The position numbers were made by a program, and so were the translations under genes. From Desulfatiglandales bacterium (GTDB lineage Bacteria; Desulfobacterota; DSM-4660; Desulfatiglandales; HGW-15), in assembly GCA_963665715.2 (NCBI GenBank), contig CAXXPR010000001.1, forward strand, positions 868,550 to 932,549: DNA of 64,000 bases, read 5' to 3'. The notes under the pieces were generated by a model. It was not told the origin of the DNA and ran no database searches. It saw only the letters and a list, made by a program, of their open reading frames with translations. This document shows, in pieces, positions 50,701 through 57,977 of the stretch (positions are counted from its first letter, which is position 1; each line of letters begins with the position of its first letter).

Positions 50701-53700
50701 AGCTTTATATTGATGATGTACAGGTAACTCAGGCAAATCCTCCGGACGGTGTTTCAGGAGATGCACTTGAGCAGATAGCAAAACTTGTTACCTATGAAAA
50801 CAGTTCCGACCTGTCTGCCGCTAACGGCACAATAAGCAAAACAATGACCGTGACGACAGTTCAGGCGGATAATACGTCAGCCTCTTCAACCCAGGCAATT
50901 GAGATAACCGAGGTAAATGATGTTCCGGTTATTGAGGGTATAAATATTACATATACTGATTCAGGGGCAGCGGATAATTTTGCGTCATCAACAGGAACGC
51001 TTAATGCTTCCGATGTGGACAGCGGAACAGTGCTTACCTATGATATATCAGGCGGAACTGATAATGGTGACGGTACGGTCAGCATAATCGGAAGCTACGG
51101 TACCCTGACACTTAATCAGACCACAGGGGCTTATGAGTATACACCGGATGATTCAGCCATTAACCTTTTGAACACAGACGCATCCGACACATTTACCCTG
51201 AGTGTAAGTGACGGTGAAGCTGTTGTGACAGAAACATTCACGGTAAATGCAGCCGGTATAAATGAAACTCCGGTTATAACCACAGGCAGTGCCTCAAACA
51301 CAATCCAGGAAGATACTTCCCTTGTATTCGGTATAAACGGTGATAACAGTATAAGCCTTGATGATCTGGATGCAGCTCCGGACGAAGAGCTTGTCATATC
51401 ATTGAATGTTGGAAACGGAACAGTAATCCTGGGCAGTACAACCGGGATAACTGTTACCGGCGGAGCTGACAGTTCAGGCAGCATAGAGATAAAAGGCACT
51501 CTTACCAATCTTAATGCAGCCCTTGAGGGACTGACCTACAGACCGGGAACTAATTACAACGGCAGTGATATTCTTACCATAACTGTTGATGACAGATTCA
51601 ATACAGGAAACGGCAGTGCGGAAACAGTTATAAAAACAGTAGACATTACCGTAGACGCGGTAAATGATATTCCTGTTCTTGACACTCCTGATACTGTAAA
51701 TATTACAGATACATCATCTGCAGATATCTTTGGAGATATTACCGGAACTGCGTCTGCCTCTGATGTTGATGCCGGTACTACACTTGTTTACGGTCTGGAC
51801 GGCGGAGTTATATCCGGCGGGTATTCTTCTGTAACAGGGGCCTACGGAACCATTACAATTAATACGGCAACAGGTGAGTATGTATTTTCACCTGATAATG
51901 AAGCTGTAAACAATCTTGATGCCGGATCCTCTGAGACATTCGCAGTTACTGTAACTGACGGTGATGCCTCGGTAAGTAAAAATATTACCATTAATATACA
52001 GGCAATGGCGGAAAGTGCCTCTGAATACACGGAGCAGGGCGATGCAGTAACACCGCTCAGCAATGTGACAATCAATACCGAAAGCGGTACCAGCTACGCA
52101 GGCGGTTATGTAGACTTCGAGGTAAGCGGATCGGAAAGCTCCGAAACCCTGGGACTTGTAAGATCGGATACAGCATCTGTTGAAGCGGGTGTAGTGACTA
52201 TAGTTGGTAATACCGTGTATCTTGGAGGTGGAACAAACGCCGAAGTAATAGGGTCGGTTGACAGCCTCTACAACGGGGAAAACGGCCAGAAGCTTCGCAT
52301 CAAATTTACCACTGAGTTTGAAAACGGCAATTTTGAACAGGGATCTGCCGGGGATATAACAGTAACCGGCTGGACCATGGTAAATGAGCGTGTAGTATTT
52401 GGACAGGACCAGATAGCAGGGCAGGATACACCCGCAGATTCGACCTATCCGGTACAGAATCTTAACAAAACCGTTAATGATTCAGGCCAGCTTGAGTTTC
52501 CTGACGGTATACAGGATGCAGGAAATGTAGATTATGCAGCATACACATCATCTGTGGTATCGGGAAGCGTTGCAAACGGCGGAACCGGTAATGCAATAGA
52601 GATGAGAAGCTCGCTCAATTCTGCAGACGGTTATGAAGTAATAAGAGGACCATATATATACAGTAACGGTACAGTAGCCCTTGAAGCAGGGGATCAGGTG
52701 TCTTTTTACTGGAAAGCTGAAGGCGGAAGCGATGCCTATGACGTATATGGTTATATAATAGACGTAAACACCGGTGCTATCCAGACAATACTTGATGATA
52801 CAGCGCCAAATGCCAGAACCAATACACCATGGACTCAGGAGTCAGTTACTGTCTCATCTTCCGGCGAATACAGGTTTGTATTTGTGTCAGGATCATTTGA
52901 TGCCACAGGCGGCGAAGCCATGGGTGCACAGCTTTATATAGATGATGTTGAAGTAACACAGGCCAATCCTCCTGACAGTGTGACAGGTAATGCCCTTCAG
53001 CAGATAGCCCGTCTTGTGACCTATGAAAACAGTTCTGATCTGACTGCTGCAAACGGTACAATAAATAAAGCAATAACAGTAACGGCTGTACAGGCTGATA
53101 ATACGGCGGACAGCGCAGTGCAGTCCCTGGAGATAACGGAAGTAAACGATGCACCGGTACTCGATGCTCCGGGTACTGTCTATTATACTGATACTGACGG
53201 TTCGGATTCCTTTGCTTCTTCAACAGGTGTTCTTAGCGCGTCAGATGCTGACAGTGGAACAGTCATTACATACGGAATAACAGACGGTACTGATAACGGT
53301 GACGGAACAGAAAGTATAACAGGGTCATACGGTACTCTGACATTAAACACTTCCACAGGCGCATGGGAGTTTACTCCGGATGATGCGGCTATAAATGCTC
53401 TTACCAGTAATGTAACAGAGACATTTACCTTAAGCGCAGGTGACGGAGAGACTTCAGACAGTCAGACTCTTACAATAGATATATCCTCTGTAAATGATGC
53501 ACCGCTCCTTGGCGGTAATGCTTCAACCGTAACCTTTATTGAAAACGGTTCAGCTGTACAGATAGACCCGACCATAAGCATAACCGACTTTGAAGGAACA
53601 AGTTATGATACAGGTCATGTGACCTTTTCAACGGTTGTAAACGGAGAGTCGAGCGACAGCTTTGTAATAAAGAATGTCGGCGGGATTACGGTTTCCGGAA

Positions 53701-56700
53701 ATGAAGTCAGTTACGGCGGGATGGTAATCGGAACCATAGACAGTGACTATAACGGTGAAAATGGATCAGATCTGAGAATAAATCTTAATTCAAATGCTTA
53801 TTCTCCACAGGTAGAAGCTCTTGCAAGGGCAGTTGCCTTTGTGAACAGTGCTGATGATCTTTCCGATGCATCCAGAACGGTAAGTATACAGGTAAATGAC
53901 GGCGGCAACGGCGGTGAATCAACAGCAAGATACAGCACAAAGAGCGCCACTGTTCAGGTGAACGAAATAAACGATATCCCTGTTATAGATACCGGTGATT
54001 CTCTTCTTGCAACTGAAAAAGTGATCGGCACAAACCCTGACGGAAGTTTTGTAATAGAAGGCCTTTCTGTTTCAGATGCAGATAACGGTATTGTTACGGT
54101 TGTATTTTCCACAAGCAATGCCGGTAACGGAAGTTATGCAGCGCTTACCTTAAGTACTGCTGTTGAAGGAGGAATCACGGAAGGCGACATAACGGGCAAC
54201 GGTACAGGTGAAGTAACCGTAACAGCATCTGTTGATGCAATCAATGCAACCCTTGCAGCAGTTAACGGTCTTACATACTCAGCCGGGGCAGGCAATGATT
54301 TTGTTGCTCCTGGACCTGACACCCTTACCATAACCGCCTCGGATGCAGAGTCAGGAAGTTCTGTATCACAGCAGCAGGTGATTGTAATGCCTGCAGTACC
54401 AAATGCAGACAGCGACAACATGGCTTCCAGGGAAGATACCATTGCAGTTATAGATCTCGGGGGGCTTGTAACGGATATCAATGATAACGGAGGCACATAC
54501 GTATTCGGTACCGGTACTCCTGATGACTCTGACGGAAACGGCGGAAGCCTTACACCTTTCAGCGGAAACGAGATCTACTCTGAGTATGATCTTAACAATG
54601 ACGGCGTTGCCGGAAACGATGTAATAGGTTACAGGCTTGAACATGGAGAGATACGGCTTACTGATGCAACAAAATATATAGGCGAAGGTCAGGACTTTGC
54701 AGAATTTACATTCACTCCTGATGAAAACTGGTCCGGAGTACAGACTTTTCTTTACCAGTATACATCAGGGGGCAGCCAGTCCAGCTATATCGCCCAGATA
54801 GCCTTTTATGTGGCCCCGGTAAATGATGCGCCTGTTGTCAATATTGACAGCTCATCAGGCGCTATAAATGAAGACGGGTCCCTGGTGTTTGGAGACGGCG
54901 GCAGTAATTTTCTTTCTTTTACTGATGTGGATGCAGAAAGTGATGACCTGCTGGACCTGAGCCTTAGTGTTGAAAACGGGACTATTAACCTTGCTTCAAC
55001 AGCCGGTCTTACCTTTTTGAGCGGTTCTGACGGAACTGGGCGTATGGTCATAAGAGGAACACTTGCTGATCTTACAGCTGCAACCGAAGGTTTTACCTAT
55101 AATGCCAACAGTGATTTTAACGGTACGGATACTCTTGATATTACCCTTAATGACGGCGGTAATTCAGGAAGCGGCGGCGCTCTTTCTTACAGTCAGAGTG
55201 TAGATATTTCAATCAGCGCGGTTGATGATGCTCCGGATATATCAAGCAGCATACCTGATATAAACGTGAGCGAGGATGCTGAAAATGTCACCATTGATCT
55301 TACCAGTGTTTTTACGGATCGTGACAATGATGATGCTTTTATTGAAAAGACAATCTTTTCAAACAGCAACCCGGAACTTGCCGGTGTTACCATCAATGGT
55401 AACATACTTACCATTGACCCCAATGCAGACATCCACGGCAGTGCTACTATAGTTTTAAGGGGAACTTCAAACGGACAGACTGTTGATGAGACCTTTACAA
55501 TAAATGTGGCTCCTGTAAATGACACGCCTGTTGTTAATGATTTCAGTTTTGAGGTTGATGAGGATACTCCCTGTGCTATCGACGGATGGGAGTTCTCTGA
55601 TCCGCAGGAGATGACTGCTGACACCCCGGATTTTATAACAATCCTTAATATAGATGATCTTAACGGTACTCTTAAGCTGAACAATGAAATTCTTGAATCA
55701 GGTTCAACTGTAGCATGGGAAGACAGGAATGATATAATCTTCCTTGGTGACTATGATTACTACGGCAATGCCTCCTTTACATACAGTGTAACGGACAGGG
55801 CGGATATAAATCCGGGCACAGCCCTTACAAGTGAAATAAAGACTGTAACTATCAACGTAAGGCCGGTTGAAGACCCGGTTATAGGTGAAGAAACTGACGC
55901 TCCGTCCGGAGAGGAAAGTGACGGATCCGATGCAGCGCCGGTTGACTCAGGTTCCAACGGTACGGATCTTATTACTCTGCCGGAAAATCAGTCGGGCGGT
56001 GAAAACTCAGGCAGCGGAACTGATCTTATAACCGGAAGCGACGATTCAGGTGACAGCGGTTATGATATGGGATCGGACTCAGATACAGGTTTTGATAACG
56101 GATTCGATTCAGGATTTGGTGACTATGATACCGGCTCTGATTATACCGGTGATGATTCATTCTATGATTCAGGATCAGGCGCGGGAGAAAGCGGCTACTC
56201 TTCCGGCTCCGCTGCCGACACAGATACCGGATATGATGCAGGCAGTTCTGACGGATATTCCGACACCGGTTCTGAAGGAGGAGATACCTCATTTGATTCA
56301 GGAGATTCAACCGGTTTAGGTACTGAATCTTCCGGTGAAGGTTCAGGATCTTCATTCCAGTCTGAAGAAGGCGATATGGGGTCAGATGCTGGCTATGAGA
56401 CCGGCGATTCCGATGGATATTCCGATACCGGTTCTGAAGGAGGAGATACCTCATTTGATTCAGGAGATTCAACAGGTTTAGGTGCTGAATCTTCCGGTGA
56501 TGGTTCAGGGTCTTCATTCCAGTCTGAAGAAGGCGGTATGAGTTCAGATTCAGGCTATGAGGCCGGCGATTCAGACGGATATTCCGATGCAGGAACTGAA
56601 GACGGAGATACCTCATTCGGTTCAGGTGATTCGAGTGAATCAGGTGTGGAATCCTCCGGCGATGATTCAGGGTCTTCATTTCAGTCTGGTGAAAGCAGCG

Positions 56701-57587
56701 GCGCAGGAACAGGCGATTCTGCCTCGGGTTTGACCGATAATGGTTCTGATGGAGAAGGTACTTCCTTCGAAGCCGGTGATTCAGGTGCAGATAACGGGAC
56801 AGACTCTTCTGCTGGAGACACAGCCGCAGAAGGCAGTGATGACGGATCAGAAGTAGCGGAACCGGCTGATGATTCCGGCGAGGGAGATTCAGACTCTTCG
56901 GGCAGCGGAGCTCAGGGCGGTTTTCAGGCTGATGGAAACGGTTCAGGTGAAAATGATACGTCTTCTTCCTCCGGAACAGGATTGTCAGGAGGCTCTGATT
57001 CGGACGATTCAGCTTCATCCAGTATAGAGGTTGATTCGGGAATCAATGATGTGTTTATCCCAAAGGGAGAGACTGCAAGCATAGTTATCCCTGAAGATGC
57101 CTTTCTGGTACAGGGAAATTCAGATGAAGTGACATTTGAAGCAACCCTGTCCGATGGAACCGCGCTTCCTGAATGGATAGAATTTGATCCTGGCACCGGT
57201 AATTTTACTATCAATGCCAGCGGGCAGAATATTAATACAGATACAATAGATATCAGCGTAACAGCCCTCGATAAACAGGGAAACAGCGCAACTACAATAT
57301 TCAGAATCGTAATTGACGGTGATGGGGCCGAATCAGGTGATTCTGCTGATCCGGGAGTTGATGCCGAAGATCAGGACACAGGAAGCGAAAGCCTTGAACT
57401 TTCTTCAATTTCGGACAGGATCGGCGGTTCAGTACTGGGAATGGCCCTTGCAGGAAGCCTTGCAGTTAAAAAAGGTATGAAAACCGGTAAGGAGCAGCAG
57501 AAAGAAAATACAGGTTTTTCCGATCAGATTATTAAAGCTGCCTCAAGGTTTGAGAATGAATGCAGAAATTTTATTAATCGTATCTAA
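44778..57587 (+). CDS. Giant (4269 aa) multidomain adhesin-like protein. Domain order: DUF4347, ConA-like/TSP-C-like, cadherin-like, C-type lectin, VCBS-like, CBM-like supermodules, acidic repeats, CADG-like domain, C-terminal hydrophobic segment
   Basis: Single uninterrupted 12.8-kb ORF with RBS GGAGG 6 nt before the ATG. All antisense ORFs inside it are low-complexity shadows. Domain motifs were read directly from the translation (see sub-features). There is no N-terminal signal peptide; the N-terminus is a basic leader followed by [13 protein letters not shown]. Confidence 0.9.
   Translation: [4269 protein letters not shown]
45033..45479 (+). other. DUF4347-type N-terminal domain of giant protein 1
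   Basis: EIVFVD...[14 protein letters not shown]...[15 protein letters not shown]...[38 protein letters not shown]...GGDWDLEY. This pattern is what I recall for DUF4347, found at the N-terminus of very large cadherin/VCBS/RTX-type proteins. Confidence 0.65.
45550..46057 (+). other. Concanavalin-A-like lectin/LamG-fold domain with a thrombospondin C-terminal-like motif
   Basis: NNWTAEG...[12 protein letters not shown]...[25 protein letters not shown]...YDVRILY...IKVSVDG...[19 protein letters not shown]. The core resembles the thrombospondin C-terminal signature DDDYAGFVFGYQ...FYVVMWK as I recall it. Confidence 0.5.
46100..46685 (+). other. Two cadherin-like / bacterial Ig-like repeats
   Basis: First repeat: [14 protein letters not shown]...[11 protein letters not shown]...[37 protein letters not shown]. 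Second repeat: [29 protein letters not shown]...[12 protein letters not shown]...[21 protein letters not shown]. Confidence 0.6.
47043..47462 (+). other. C-type lectin-like domain (cysteine-free, EPN + WND motifs intact)
   Basis: [72 protein letters not shown]...[18 protein letters not shown]...MWNDL...YVVEYGG. The EPN codons are at 47340-47348 and the WND codons at 47408-47416. Confidence 0.75.
48648..49296 (+). other. CBM4_9-like jelly-roll module 1 (gene 1)
   Basis: It begins FENGDFEVG...GWTIVN and ends [10 protein letters not shown]...[13 protein letters not shown]. An NGxFE start and YIDDV end are typical of carbohydrate-binding jelly rolls. Assigned by eye. Confidence 0.45.
50131..50733 (+). 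other. CBM4_9-like jelly-roll module 2 (gene 1)
   Basis: Same motifs as module 1: [23 protein letters not shown] ... [13 protein letters not shown]. Confidence 0.45.
51658..53145 (+). repeat. Third, more diverged copy of the supermodule (gene 1), including jelly-roll module 3 at about 52317-52961
   Basis: Colinear with the units at 47998-50913: [46 protein letters not shown]...[28 protein letters not shown]. Confidence 0.8.
55880..57020 (+). other. Extremely acidic Ser/Gly/Asp/Glu-rich low-complexity region
   Basis: The translation is dominated by D, E, S, G, T and Y with essentially no basic residues (for example [41 protein letters not shown]). Confidence 0.9.
56250..56735 (+). repeat. 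Three tandem 162-bp (54-codon) repeats inside the acidic region
   Basis: Copies begin with GA(C/T)GGATATTCCGA at 56250, 56412 and 56574. The peptide unit is [45 protein letters not shown].GDS. Confidence 0.9.
57021..57315 (+). other. Dystroglycan-type cadherin-like (CADG / putative Ig, He_PIG-like) domain
   Basis: [56 protein letters not shown]...[23 protein letters not shown]. The LPxWIxFDxxTGxF motif is typical of this family. Confidence 0.6.
57420..57467 (+). other. C-terminal hydrophobic Gly/Ala-rich segment followed by a basic tail (possible membrane anchor or sorting signal)
   Basis: [16 protein letters not shown] is followed by [13 protein letters not shown] and a 27-residue tail. 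It is the only hydrophobic stretch I saw in the C-terminal region. Confidence 0.4.
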
Positions 57588-57635
57588 AAAATTACAGAAA
57601 ATATAAATAGCTGTAATATATTAAAGCATATAAAG

Positions 57636-57674
57636 ATCCCCTGTTTTAGGTTTGAAAACACTAATTCAGGGGAT
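57636..57674 (+). terminator. Weak candidate terminator hairpin after giant gene 1
   Basis: ATCCCCTG ... CAGGGGAT is an 8-bp stem with a long loop carrying its own TGTTTT/AAAACA pairing. It lies about 50 nt after the stop and has no clear T-tract. Confidence 0.3.
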
Positions 57675-57961
57675 ATTAATATCAAGTAATTTAAAATATC
57701 TTGTGTCAAAATACCGGCCTTAACAACTCAGCATTTTTTTTAAAATAGACTATTTAGAAAATTTTACTATTTCCTAAAATTTACAGTATGTTCCGATTTA
57801 TAGGAAAAAACCTTCATATTAATTTGTGCTAATAATTTAAAAACAATTAAATTTGTCAGTAAAATTGCCGATGTAGAGCTGTAGGCCGTTTTTTCGGCAG
57901 AGGTGTGTCTGGGGCGTTTAAGGCGAATCATTAGCTTCAATGTTTAAAGTAAATAATTAAT

Positions 57962-57977
57962 TGGCTTAATAATTGCA
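57962..57977 (+). promoter_or_regulatory. Candidate sigma-54 -24/-12 element upstream of giant gene 2
   Basis: TGGCTT-AATAA-TTGCA has the exact GG/GC spacing of TGGCAC-N5-TTGCW. It is 73 nt before the ATG at 58050. The aligned position upstream of gene 1 does not keep the motif, so confidence is low. Confidence 0.3.

Larger units (their letters stand above)
47998..50913 (+). repeat. Two tandem supermodule units of about 1.44-1.48 kb (unit boundary near 49477), nearly identical in long stretches
   Basis: The antisense shadow ORFs at 48440-48712 and 49922-50194 translate to almost identical 90-aa peptides, at an offset of 1482 nt. Each unit holds a VCBS-like repeat, a [10 protein letters not shown]...[11 protein letters not shown] domain, a jelly roll and a linker ending EITEVNDVP. 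Confidence 0.85.

Noticed and set aside
56250-56735. Regularly spaced direct repeats as a possible CRISPR array
   Set aside because: The repeats are contiguous 162-bp units with no unique spacers, are in-frame within a long ORF, and encode an acidic peptide repeat.
56026-57018. 330-aa minus-strand ORF rich in H, R, L, N and Q
   Set aside because: It is antisense to the acidic tandem-repeat region of giant gene 1. Its low-complexity repetitive composition mirrors the GA(T/C)/GAA/TC(N)-rich sense codons, so it is a shadow ORF.
44778-57587. RTX nonapeptide (GGxGxDxUx) repeats or a classical T1SS substrate architecture in the giant protein
   Set aside because: I scanned the translation and did not see tandem GGxGxD nonapeptides. 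The Gly/Asp-rich C-terminal region has a 54-residue period and a different composition. The protein is therefore not called an RTX protein.
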